DNA of 14,963 nt from Alphaproteobacteria bacterium (lineage in GTDB: Bacteria; Pseudomonadota; Alphaproteobacteria; UBA828), in NCBI GenBank assembly GCA_963667785.2, contig CAXXMU010000007.1, positions 1 through 14,963 on the forward strand, written 5' to 3'. A program made the translations under genes and the position numbers. The notes under the pieces are model-generated. The model worked only from the letters and a program-made list of their open reading frames with translations, was not told the DNA's origin and did not search any database. This document shows, piece by piece, positions 1-8,549 of the stretch (positions within the stretch are counted from its first letter, which is position 1; each line of letters starts with the position of its first letter).

Positions 1-1389
1 TAGTCCGAGCCGTGGTTGCGGTAGTGGAACATGCTGATGTTCCAGGGCCTGCTGCCCCATCCGGGTGAGGAAGTGCATGAGCGCGCCCGGCCGCTCGGGG
101 AAGTCGAAGCGGTAGAGGACCTCGTCCAGGTCCCCCGGCGCGTGGCCGCCCACCATGTAGCGGACGTGGAGCTTCGCCATCTCGTTGTCGGTGAGATCGA
201 GCACCGCGTAGCCGTCCTGCTCCAGCGCAGCCACGAGCGACTGCTTGTCCGCGCCCGCGCCGCTGATCTCGACGCCGACGAAGATGTGCGCGGCCGCATC
301 GTCGGCATAGCGGTAGTTGAACTCGGTGATCGAGCGCGTGCCGATGAGCTCGCAGAAGCGGAGCAGGCTGCCGGGGCGCTCGGGGATCGTGACCGCGAGC
401 AGGATCTCCCGCTGCTCGCCGAGCTGGGCCCGCTGGGCGATGTGGCGGAGGCGGTCGAAGTTGACGTTGGCGCCGCTCACGACCGCGGCGAAGCGTCCGC
501 CGCTCGCGCCGTCGCGCTCGACGTAGCGCTTGAGCCCTGCCACCGCGAGCGCACCCGCCGGCTCCGCGATCGAGCGGGTGTCCTCAAAAATGTCTTTGAT
601 CGCCGCGCAGATCTCGTCGGTGGAGACGAGCACCACCTCGTCGATGCACTTGCGCGCGATGCGGAAGGGCTCGGCGCCGATCTGCTTCACCGCGACGCCG
701 TCCGCAAAGGTGCCCACCTGGTCGAGCACGACCCGCTCGCCCGCCGCGAGCGCCGCGTGCAGGGTCGGCGTGTCCTCGGGCTCGACGCCTATGATGCGCG
801 TCTCGGGCCAGAGTGCCTTGACGTAGGCGGCGATGCCGGCGATGAGGCCGCCGCCGCCGACGCTCACGAGGATCGCGTCGAAGGCTTCGCCCTGCTGGCG
901 CACGATCTCCATTCCCACCGTGCCCTGGCCCGCGATGACGTGCTCGTCGTCGTAGGGCGGAACGAGGATCATGCCGCGCTCGGCGGCGAGGGTCTCCGCC
1001 TTCTCCTTCGCGCCGTCATAGGTATCGCCCGCGAGCAGCACCTCGGCGCCGAGGCTCTCGACCGCGTCCACCTTGATGCGGGGCGCGGTCTCCGGCATGA
1101 CGATGAGCGCGCGCGCACCCAGCCGGCGCGCGGCCAGCGCCACGCCCTGCGCATGGTTGCCGGCCGACGACGCGATGACGCCCTGCGCGCGCTCCTCGGG
1201 CGAGAGCGACGCGAGCTTGTTGTAGGCGCCCCGCAGCTTGAACGAGAAGACCGGCTGCAGGTCCTCGCGCTTGAGCCAGACCTCGCTGCCGAGCCGAGCG
1301 GAGAGCTTTGGCGCAAGCTCGAGCGGGGTCTCGCGCGCCACGTCGTAGACGCGCGCTTTCAGGATCTTCGTCACGTAGTCTCGGGGCAT
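1..1389 (-). CDS. ilvA: Threonine ammonia-lyase, biosynthetic, long form with C-terminal regulatory domains; 3' end outside the window; apparent +1 frameshift at 55-58
   Basis: Not in the ORF track; translated by hand from ATG at 1389: MPRDYVTKILKARVYDVARETPLELAPKLS...WLKREDLQPVFSFKLRGAYNK (PLP lysine motif), SAGNHAQG, VGGGGLIAG, SGANVNFDRLR, IPERPGS, FDFPERPGAL. After the shift it continues WNISMFHYRNHGSD. Track ORF 31..1605(+) is its antisense shadow. Confidence 0.96.
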   Translation of the reverse strand, partial: MPRDYVTKILKARVYDVARETPLELAPKLSARLGSEVWLKREDLQPVFSFKLRGAYNKLASLSPEERAQGVIASSAGNHAQGVALAARRLGARALIVMPETAPRIKVDAVESLGAEVLLAGDTYDGAKEKAETLAAERGMILVPPYDDEHVIAGQGTVGMEIVRQQGEAFDAILVSVGGGGLIAGIAAYVKALWPETRIIGVEPEDTPTLHAALAAGERVVLDQVGTFADGVAVKQIGAEPFRIARKCIDEVVLVSTDEICAAIKDIFEDTRSIAEPAGALAVAGLKRYVERDGASGGRFAAVVSGANVNFDRLRHIAQRAQLGEQREILLAVTIPERPGSLLRFCELIGTRSITEFNYRYADDAAAHIFVGVEISGAGADKQSLVAALEQDGYAVLDLTDNEMAKLHVRYMVGGHAPGDLDEVLYRFDFPERPGALMHFLTRMGQQALEHQHVPLPQPRLGL

Positions 1390-1618
1390 GGGGCGCTCGT
1401 TGGCTGGCGGCGGTCGCGTGCGCCGATCGGTTCACCGGCGGCGGGGGTGTGCGACAAGCACATGGGCGCGCGGCGGGATCGAGTCAACGACTCAGTCGTC
1501 CGACTCGAGCGTCCGTCATGCACGGACGCGCGACAGGCCGCGACCGCGGCCCGCCGCGTATGCGGCGCGCCCGCGCAGGCGCCGGTCGAAGACCGGCTGC
1601 CGTGAGCGATAAAGGCTC

Positions 1619-1649
1619 AGAGCGTTTCCGTGCAAAACGGAAACGCTCT
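1619..1649. repeat. Perfect 13-bp inverted repeat AGAGCGTTTCCGT-gcaaa-ACGGAAACGCTCT
   Basis: Read directly: arms 1619-1631 and 1637-1649 with a 5-nt loop, relatively AT-rich for this DNA. Function not established. Confidence 0.85.
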
Positions 1650-1660
1650 ATGTCGCCCGT

Positions 1661-1688
1661 TTCTGAATCGCCCCGCCCCGGATACCAT
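1661..1688 (+). promoter_or_regulatory. Possible sigma70-type promoter for the CoA-transferase/carboxyltransferase genes
   Basis: TACCAT (-10-like) at 1683-1688 with only a weak -35 (TTCTGA, 1661-1666, 16-nt spacer), about 30 nt before the GTG start. Motif match only. Confidence 0.25.
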
Positions 1689-1718
1689 CGCGCCTTCGGC
1701 TGAGCGAGGAGACGACCA

Positions 1719-2903
1719 GTGCCAGGACCGCTCGACGGCTACCGCGTGATCGACCTCACATCGATGGTCTCGGGCCCGTTCGCCACCATGATGCTGGGCG
1801 ACCAGGGCGCCGACGTGATCAAGGTGGAGGCGCTCGGCCAGGGCGATCACACGCGGACCGGCAGCAACCGCTCCAACGGGCTCTCCTCGGGATTTCTCAA
1901 CGTCAACCGCAACAAGCGCTCGCTTGCGGTCAACCTGAAGGATGCGCGCGGGCGCGACGCCGTGATGCGCCTCGCCGCAGGCGCGGACGTCTTCATCCAG
2001 AATTTCCGGCCGGGCGTGGTGGAGCGGCTGGGGGTGGCCGAGCCCGATATCCGCGCCGCCAGCCCGGCGATCGTCTACGTCTCGATCAACGGCTTCGGCG
2101 AGACCGGCCCTTACGCGAACAAGCGCGTCTACGACCCCATCATCCAGGCGGCATCGGGGCTCGCCTCGGTGCAGGGCGGCTCCGACGATGCGCGCCCGCG
2201 CCTCGTGCGCACGATCCTGCCCGACAAGCTCACCGGCGTGACCGCGGCGCAGGCCGTCACCGCCGCGCTGCTCGCCCGCGAGCGCACGGGCCGGGGCCAG
2301 CACGTGCGCCTCTCGATGCTGGATGCCGTCGTCTCCTTCCTCTGGGCGTCGGACATGGGCGGCCAGACCTTCCTCGAGCAGCCGCCGACGGCGCAGCGGG
2401 CGGCGAGCTTCATCGACCTGATCTACGAGACGAAGGACGGCCACATGAGCGCGGCGGTCATGAGCGACCGCGAGTGGGTCGGGCTTGCGCGCGCGCTCGA
2501 GCGGCCGGAGTGGCTCGAGGACGCGCGCTTCAGGACCCCGGCGCTCCGCGACGAGAACATCGACGATCGCCTCGCGCTCACCCAGGAGGCGCTGCGCGAG
2601 CGCACCACCGACGAGTGGATGGAGCGGCTGGAGGCGCAAGGCGTGCCCTGCGCACCGGTGCTGACGCGGAACGCGCTCGTCGCGCATCCGCAGGTGGCCG
2701 CCGCCGGCACCCTCGTCGAGGTCGACCATCCCGTCGCGGGCCGGATGCGTCAGGCGCGGCCGGCGGCGCGCTTCGCGGCGACGCCGAGCGCGATCCGGCG
2801 CGGCGCGCCGCTTCTCGGCGAGCACTCGGAGGAGCTGCTTGCCGAAGCCGGGCTGTCCGACTCCGAGATCGCCGCACTGTACGGCGATGGCGTCGTCGCC
2901 TGA
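1719..2903 (+). CDS. Family III CoA-transferase (CaiB/BaiF/Frc family), 394 aa
   Basis: PLDGYRVIDLT, SGPFATMMLGDQGADVIKVE, NRNKRSLAVNLK, ADVFIQNFRPGV, VYDPIIQA (catalytic Asp position), TGRGQHV, APLLGEHS. GAGGAG ribosome-binding site precedes the GTG start. Confidence 0.95.
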   Translation: MPGPLDGYRVIDLTSMVSGPFATMMLGDQGADVIKVEALGQGDHTRTGSNRSNGLSSGFLNVNRNKRSLAVNLKDARGRDAVMRLAAGADVFIQNFRPGVVERLGVAEPDIRAASPAIVYVSINGFGETGPYANKRVYDPIIQAASGLASVQGGSDDARPRLVRTILPDKLTGVTAAQAVTAALLARERTGRGQHVRLSMLDAVVSFLWASDMGGQTFLEQPPTAQRAASFIDLIYETKDGHMSAAVMSDREWVGLARALERPEWLEDARFRTPALRDENIDDRLALTQEALRERTTDEWMERLEAQGVPCAPVLTRNALVAHPQVAAAGTLVEVDHPVAGRMRQARPAARFAATPSAIRRGAPLLGEHSEELLAEAGLSDSEIAALYGDGVVA

Positions 2904-2910
2904 GCCGCGC

Positions 2911-4455
2911 ATGAGCTGGGAGAAGGAGGTCGACGAGCTCGCGCAGAAGCGGGCGCTGGCCGAGGCGCAGGGCGGCACGGAGGGCGTGGGCCGCCAGCAC
3001 GCGCGGGGGCTGCTCACGATCCGCGAGCGGATCGACGCCATGCTCGATGCCGGCTCGTTCCGGGAGCTGGGCGCGGCCGCAGGCGTGGCGAGCCGCGACG
3101 ACGACGGACGCCTCACCGACTTCCAGCCGGCCAACTTCGTGCTCGGCTTCGGCGCGATCGACGGGCGCCGCTGCGTCATCGGCGGTGAGGACTTCACGCT
3201 GAGCGGCGGCTCGCCCAACGAGGCGGGCCTGCGCAAGAGCGTCTACGCCGAGGAGCTTGCCTGCACCTACCGCGTGCCCCTGGTCAGGCTCCACCAGGGC
3301 GCGGGCGGCAGCGTCGCCGGCACCGGGTCCAAGACCGTGGGCACGCCGGTCAACGCCCCGCCGCGCTTCGCCTCCGTGGCCAAGGCGATGGCGACCGTGC
3401 CGGTGGCCTCGGCGGGGCTCGGCGCCGTCGCAGGGCTGCCTGCCGCCCGCCTCGTGGCCTCGCACTTCTCGGTGATGGCGGAGAACTCGCAGATCCTCGT
3501 CGCGGGCCCCGCCGTGGTCGAGCGCGCGCTCGGCCGCCGGCCCAGCAAGGAGGCGCTGGGCGGCCCACAAGTGCACGCGAGGAACGGCGTCATCGACAAC
3601 CTGGTCGCGGACGAGCCGGCGGCCTTCGCGGCGATCCGCCGCTTCCTCGGCTACCTGCCGCCCAACGTCTGGGAGCTGCCGCCGTGCACAGAAGCCGCCG
3701 ACCCGGCGGAACGCCGCGCCGGGGAGCTGCTCGAAATCGTGCCGCGCAACCGGCGCAAGCTCTACGACATGCGGCGCGTGATCGCGCTGGTGCTGGACGA
3801 AGGCTCGTTCTTCGAGATCGGCCGGCTCTACGGGCAGGGGACGATCACCGGCCTCGCCCGGCTCGCGGGCCAGCCCGTGGGCGTGCTCGCCAACGACTGC
3901 TGGCACTTGGCCGGCGCCATGACCGCAGCGGGCTCGCAGAAGACGCGCCGCTTCATCGAGCTCTGCGACACCTTCCACCTGCCGATCGTGAGCCTGGTGG
4001 ACGAGCCCGGCTTCATGATCGGGGCGGAGGCGGAGAAGGCCGGCACCATCCGCTTCGGCGCCGCCGCCGTGCTCGCCGCGGCGAGCTCCGTGGTGCCCTG
4101 GGCGTCGGTCATCGTGCGCAAGGCGCACGGCGTCGCCGTCGCCGCGCACTTCGGGCCGGACGGCTTCGTCGTCGCCTGGCCGTCCGCCGAGATGGGGGCG
4201 CTGCCGGTGAAAGGCGGCGTGGCCGTGGCCTTCGGCCGCCGGATCGCGAAGGCCGACGATCCCGCCGCCGAGCGCGCGCGGCTGGAGGAGGAGATGCTGG
4301 CCCGCCAGTCGCCTGAGCCCCGGGCCGAGAGCTTTTCCATCCACGAGGTGATCGACCCGCGCGAGACCCGGCCCGTGCTCTGCGACTGGATTGCCCGGGC
4401 GCGGCCCCTGCTGCCGCATCTCACGGGCCCCACGAGCTTTCCGGTACGGCCGTAG
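2911..4455 (+). CDS. Acyl-CoA carboxylase carboxyltransferase (beta subunit) family protein, 514 aa
   Basis: GG..GV.RQHARGLLTIRERI..MLDAGSF.E, DFTLSGGS, AGPAVV, EALGG..VH..NGVID, FFEIG..YG...ITGLARLAGQPVGV.AND, FIELCDTFHLPIVSLVDEPGF, VIDPRETR. Start placed at ATG 2911 (MSWEKEV), 7 nt after the upstream stop, rather than the track's 2839. Confidence 0.92.
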   Translation: MSWEKEVDELAQKRALAEAQGGTEGVGRQHARGLLTIRERIDAMLDAGSFRELGAAAGVASRDDDGRLTDFQPANFVLGFGAIDGRRCVIGGEDFTLSGGSPNEAGLRKSVYAEELACTYRVPLVRLHQGAGGSVAGTGSKTVGTPVNAPPRFASVAKAMATVPVASAGLGAVAGLPAARLVASHFSVMAENSQILVAGPAVVERALGRRPSKEALGGPQVHARNGVIDNLVADEPAAFAAIRRFLGYLPPNVWELPPCTEAADPAERRAGELLEIVPRNRRKLYDMRRVIALVLDEGSFFEIGRLYGQGTITGLARLAGQPVGVLANDCWHLAGAMTAAGSQKTRRFIELCDTFHLPIVSLVDEPGFMIGAEAEKAGTIRFGAAAVLAAASSVVPWASVIVRKAHGVAVAAHFGPDGFVVAWPSAEMGALPVKGGVAVAFGRRIAKADDPAAERARLEEEMLARQSPEPRAESFSIHEVIDPRETRPVLCDWIARARPLLPHLTGPTSFPVRP

Positions 4456-4493
4456 GGGGATCGTTCGGGGACGCCCCGCCAGCGGCGGCCGGG

Positions 4494-6570
4494 CTATGCG
4501 ATCAGTTCGGCGAGTTCGCGCTTGAAGGGCACTTCGTCGCCTGCTGCGGGCGGGGCGTCGAGCTCTTCGGCGTAGCGGCGCCCGGCGTAGACGGCGTGGG
4601 CGATGGTGGCGGGTGCCAACGCGTCGCCGATGGCGTCCACGGCTTCGAGGCCGGCGTCCGCCCAGCGCTCCCGCTGCGCCGCGAGGTCGGCCGCGATCTC
4701 GTCCGCAGGCGTGCGCGCGGTGACGAGCACCACCGCGTCGGCCTCCGCCTCCTCGATCCGCCCGGTGTGGACGCATGAGGTCGCGACGAGGCCCGGCGCG
4801 ATGCGGCTCAGGTTGCGGAACGCCTCGATGCGCACGCCCTTCTCCAGCAGGCGCGCCTGGGTGAAGCGCTGCTCCATGGTGTTGCGGCTCCAGGTGGAGG
4901 CCTCGGACGCGGGCGTCGCGTAGGTGGTCTCGTAGCCGTTGTCGGCCAGCAGCTCGGCCAGCACGCTCGCCATGTAGTAGTGGTCGTCGTCCCAGACGGT
5001 GACGCGCGTGCCGTCGGGCAGGCGGCCCGCCATGAGGTCGTCGGGCGTGAGCACCTGCGCGCCGTCCTCAATGGGCGCAGGCTTGGTCCAGTGGCGGCCC
5101 ACGCCATCGCCCCGCCAGCGCGCGCCGGTGGCGATGACGACGCGGGGGCAGCCGAACTCCAGCACGGTCTCCGCGTCGAGGTGCGAATCCAGGTAGAGGG
5201 CGACGTTCGGCAGCTTGTGGAGCTGCTCCGCCCGGTAGTCGCGCACCCGCCCCCAGGCGGCGAGGCCCGGCAGGCGGCATTCCCGCGCGACGCGGCCGCC
5301 GAGCTCCGTCTCGCGCTCGGCCAGCGTCACCGCGTAGCCGCGCTTGCCGAGCGCCTGCGCCGCTTCCAGCCCGGCGGGGCCGGCGCCCACGATCAGCACG
5401 GGCTTCTCGCTCTCCTTCAGCCGGATGCGCTCGGGGTGCCAGCCGCGCCGCCATTCCTCCCCCATGGTCGGGTTCTGGGTGCAGCGGATGGGCGACATGG
5501 TGAAGTCGCCGGAGACGCAGATGTTGCAGCCGATGCACTCGCGGATGTCCTCGAGCCGCCCTTCCGCCACCTTGCGCGGCAGGAAGGGGTCGGCGATGGA
5601 GGGCCGCGCGCAGCCGATCAGGTCGACGATGCCTTTGCTCACGATGGAGACCATGCGGTCCGGCGAGGTGTAGCGGCCGACGCCGACCACCGGCTTCGTG
5701 GTGAGCGCCTTGACGCCCGCGATGAAGGGCTCCTGCCAGCCTTCCTCGCCGAAGCGCGACGAGAGGCTGTCGTTCTCCCACGAGGCGAGGCAGACGTCCC
5801 AGAGGTCCGGGATCTCGGCCACGAGGCCGATCATGTCCTCGGTCTCGGCCTTCTCCAGCCCGGCCGCGCCGCGCAGCTCGTCCACGGAGAGCCGGCAGGG
5901 CACCGCGCAGGTGTCGCCCACCGCCTCCTTCGTGTCGATCAGCAGCTCCTTGAGCAGGCGCGTGCGGTTCTCCAGCGAGCCGCCGTACTCGTCCCCGCGC
6001 TGGTTGAACTCGCGGGAGAGGAAGTGGTGCAGGATGTTGAGCGCGTGGCCGCCGTAGACGTAGATCAGGTCGAAGCCCGCGTCGCGCGCGCGGAGCGCCG
6101 CCGCCCTGTGCCAGCGGCGCAGGTTGCGGATGTCCCGCTTGTCCATGGTCCGCCCCTGCAGGGGCTCGTAGCCGAGGCTCGCGACCGGCAGGCCGGTCGG
6201 CCCCCATGGGCACCTCGCGGGAATAGAAGTTCGGGCTGTGCAGGCCGTTGTAGCAAAGCTCCAGCCCGGCGAGCGAGCCGTGCGCGTGGATGTGCTCCGC
6301 CATCCTGGCGAGCATGGGCACGTCGCGGTCGTCCCAGAGGCGAAGCTCGATGAAGGGGGTAATCTCGGCGCTCCAGTGGAACTCTACCTGCTCGGTGCAG
6401 ACCACGGCCCAGCCGCCTTCGGCCTTGACGCCCCGCATGTGGGCGAGCGCCGTCGGGTCGCGGTAGCCCATGCCGGTGCAGTGCGGCACCTGGTAGAAGC
6501 GGTTGCGGGCGGTGACGGGCCCGATCGCGACGGGCTCGAGCAGGACGTCGTAGCGGGATTCCGCGCTCAT
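4494..6570 (-). CDS. Histamine dehydrogenase (trimethylamine dehydrogenase family: 6-S-cysteinyl-FMN, 4Fe-4S), about 691 aa after correcting a +1 frameshift at 6201-6205
   Basis: The N-terminus lies in track ORF 5068..6621 from ATG 6570: NRFYQVPHC (flavin-linking Cys31), GMGYRDP, AEGGWAVVCTEQVE, PFIELRLWDD. The rest lies in ORF 4494..6146: YGGSLENR, TTKPVVGVGRYTSPD, ARPSIADPFLP, ECIGCNICVSGDFTMSPIRCTQNP (CxxCxxC-x11-C), VGAGPAGLE, DDDHYY, DEVPFKRE. These segments match my recollection of Nocardioides simplex histamine dehydrogenase much better than TMADH. Confidence 0.88.
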
Positions 6571-6590
6571 GGGATCACCCGATCGGTCAG

Positions 6591-6639
6591 AGAAAGGTGG
6601 GCCGGGCGATGCGCTCCGCAAGCAGCGCGCCGCCCGGCC
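6591..6639 (-). terminator. GC-rich stem-loop after the binding-protein gene; weak intrinsic terminator or mRNA-stabilising hairpin
   Basis: GGCCGGGCG (6600-6608) pairs with CGCCCGGCC (6631-6639); inner GCGCT (6611-6615) pairs with AGCGC (6624-6628). On the minus strand it is followed only by CACCTTTCTCT, a poor U-tract. Confidence 0.5.
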
Positions 6640-6655
6640 TGTACAGAGGTAACGG

Positions 6656-7693
6656 TTACTTCTTCAGGCGGGTCCACATGGTGTCGTAGACCTCCTGCGT
6701 CGCCTGGTCGCACACCGCGACGAAGGTGCCGGCGGGTGCATCTGCCGGCGGCACGGACTCGGGTTGGCTCGCAAGCTCCGGATCGAGATGCGGCCCCACG
6801 CCTTCCACGCCCGCCGCGTAGCGCGCGTAGTTGGTGACCGCCGCGATGTTCTCCGGCACCAGCAGGAAGTCCATGAACTTGATCGCGCTGGCCCGGTTGG
6901 GCGCGTCCTTGAGCAGCACGACGTTGTCCATCCAGACGACGTAGCCCTGGCGCGGGTAGGCGTACTGGATGTTGGCTCCCTCGTTGCGCGCCTTGGCGGA
7001 GAAGCCGTTCCAGATCATCCCCACCGCGGCGTCGCCGGAGACGAGCACGTCCTTGGCGCCGTCGGAGTTGAAGGAGGCCCAGTGCGGCTTGGCCGCCTGC
7101 AGCAGCGCGTCGAGCGCCTTGAGCTGCTCGCGGTCGGTCGAGCACTGCGGGATGCCGAGGTGCAGCGAGGCCAGCAGCATGACCTCGCCCTGGGAATCGA
7201 GGACGTTGATCTTGCCCTTCAGCTCGTCCGGCGGGTCGTAGACGATGCTGGTGTCGTTGATGTCGCCGGAATAGGCGTCCAGGTTGACCGAGAAGCTGGT
7301 CGAGCCCCACTGGTAGGGGATCGAGTGCTTGCGGCCCGGATCGAAGGGCACGTCCAGCCACTGCGGCTGGATGTTGCCCTTGTTGGCGAGCTCGCCGTCC
7401 GCGATGGTATCGAGCATGCCCTCGCCCCGCATAATCTCGACCATGTAGTCGCCCGGCACGGCCACGTCGTAGGAGCCGAGCTTGCCGGCCTTGAGCGTCG
7501 CCAGCATGGCCTCGTTGGAATCGAAGGTGTCCATGGTCACCTCGATTCCGGTCTCGGCCGAGAACTTGTCGAGCAGCTCCTGCGGGATGTACTCGAACCA
7601 GTGGTAGATCGAGAGTTTTTCCTGCGCGTGGGCAGCGCTCACGACGAAGGTCAGCGCCAGCGCCGCTGCGCCGGCTTTGAGTAAGGTCCGCAT
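6656..7693 (-). CDS. PotD/PotF-family polyamine/amine ABC transporter substrate-binding protein, 345 aa
   Basis: Start at ATG 7693 after AAGGAGGGAGAC. Sec signal peptide MRTLLKAGAAALALTFVVSAAHA|QEK. Motifs YHWFEYI, FDSNEAM, FDPGRKHSIPYQWG, MIWNG, VWMDN, AIKFMDFLL.PE. Confidence 0.93.
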   Translation of the reverse strand: MRTLLKAGAAALALTFVVSAAHAQEKLSIYHWFEYIPQELLDKFSAETGIEVTMDTFDSNEAMLATLKAGKLGSYDVAVPGDYMVEIMRGEGMLDTIADGELANKGNIQPQWLDVPFDPGRKHSIPYQWGSTSFSVNLDAYSGDINDTSIVYDPPDELKGKINVLDSQGEVMLLASLHLGIPQCSTDREQLKALDALLQAAKPHWASFNSDGAKDVLVSGDAAVGMIWNGFSAKARNEGANIQYAYPRQGYVVWMDNVVLLKDAPNRASAIKFMDFLLVPENIAAVTNYARYAAGVEGVGPHLDPELASQPESVPPADAPAGTFVAVCDQATQEVYDTMWTRLKK

Positions 7694-7726
7694 GTCTCCC
7701 TCCTTAGGTGTGCGGTCGTTCACGGT

Positions 7727-8548
7727 CTATGCTTCCGCCTTCGTGCCCTGGCGACCGTACCGGCTGATGAAATAGGACAGCGTGACGATCAGGATCGAGA
7801 CGGTGAGCATGAGGGTGCTGAGCGCCATGATGTTGGGTTTGATGCCCTGCTTCACGGCGCCGAATATCGCCGTGGGCAGGGTCTCGATACCGGCGCCCTT
7901 GATGAAGTTGGTGATGATGAAATCGTCGAGCGAGATGATGAATGCCAGCAGAAAGCCCGCGAGAATGCCGGGCGCCATCAATGGCATGAGCACGCGCAGA
8001 AACGCCTGGAAGCGGCTCGCGTAGAGGTCCTGCGCGGCCTCCTCGTAAGAGCCGTCGATCCCCTGCAGGCGCGCTGCGATCGGCAGGTACGCGAAGGGGA
8101 TGCAGAAGACGATGTGCGCCACCAGGATCGAGAGATAGCCGAGCGTGAAGCCGATGGCGCTGAAGAACACCAGCGTCGCCACGGCGGTGACGATCTCCGG
8201 CACCATGATCGGCATGCTGATGAGAGCGAGGTTGAGCGCCTTGCCCTTGAAGGCGCCGCCGCGGACCATGGCGACCGCCGCGGCCGTCGCGATGATGGTG
8301 CTGGCGACGGCGGCAGAGAGCGCGATGGTGAGCGAGTTCCACGCCGCGTCCTTGAACTTGGCCGATTCCGGCCCGGTGAAGATGTCCATGTACCAGCGGA
8401 AGCTGAACCCGCCCCAGCGGGTGATCGAGAGCGAATCGTTGAAGCTGTAGACCATCACCACGAGGAGCGGCGCGTAGAGCACCACCAGGCAGAGGATGGT
8501 GATCGGCAGGAAGCCGGGGTAGCGGCGTATGTTAATTCGCTGGCGCAT
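7727..8548 (-). CDS. ABC transporter permease, PotC-like, 273 aa
   Basis: [29 protein letters not shown] loop [26 protein letters not shown]; multiple hydrophobic segments. Confidence 0.94.
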   Translation of the reverse strand: MRQRINIRRYPGFLPITILCLVVLYAPLLVVMVYSFNDSLSITRWGGFSFRWYMDIFTGPESAKFKDAAWNSLTIALSAAVASTIIATAAAVAMVRGGAFKGKALNLALISMPIMVPEIVTAVATLVFFSAIGFTLGYLSILVAHIVFCIPFAYLPIAARLQGIDGSYEEAAQDLYASRFQAFLRVLMPLMAPGILAGFLLAFIISLDDFIITNFIKGAGIETLPTAIFGAVKQGIKPNIMALSTLMLTVSILIVTLSYFISRYGRQGTKAEA

Positions 8549-8549
8549 C

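Noticed and set aside
1484-1519. Attenuator leader peptide upstream of ilvA (MTDARVGRLSR, minus strand)
   Set aside because: No run of Ile/Leu/Val/Thr codons and no U-tailed terminator before ilvA.
31-1605. 524-aa plus-strand ORF
   Set aside because: Codon-register antisense shadow of ilvA with no family motifs; long shadow ORFs are common in high-GC DNA.
4456-4493. Bidirectional terminator between the convergent genes
   Set aside because: Only a short CCGCC/GGCGG stem with no U-tract on either strand; expected by chance at this GC content.
1617-4776. Long minus-strand ORFs 1617..3236 and 2578..4776
   Set aside because: Mostly antisense to the well-supported CoA-transferase and carboxyltransferase; Arg/Ala/Gly-rich with no recognisable motifs.
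4494-6570. Trimethylamine or dimethylamine dehydrogenase
   Set aside because: It has TEQ and SGDFT at positions where I recall aromatic-bowl residues in TMADH, and the overall sequence and hdcA context favour histamine dehydrogenase.
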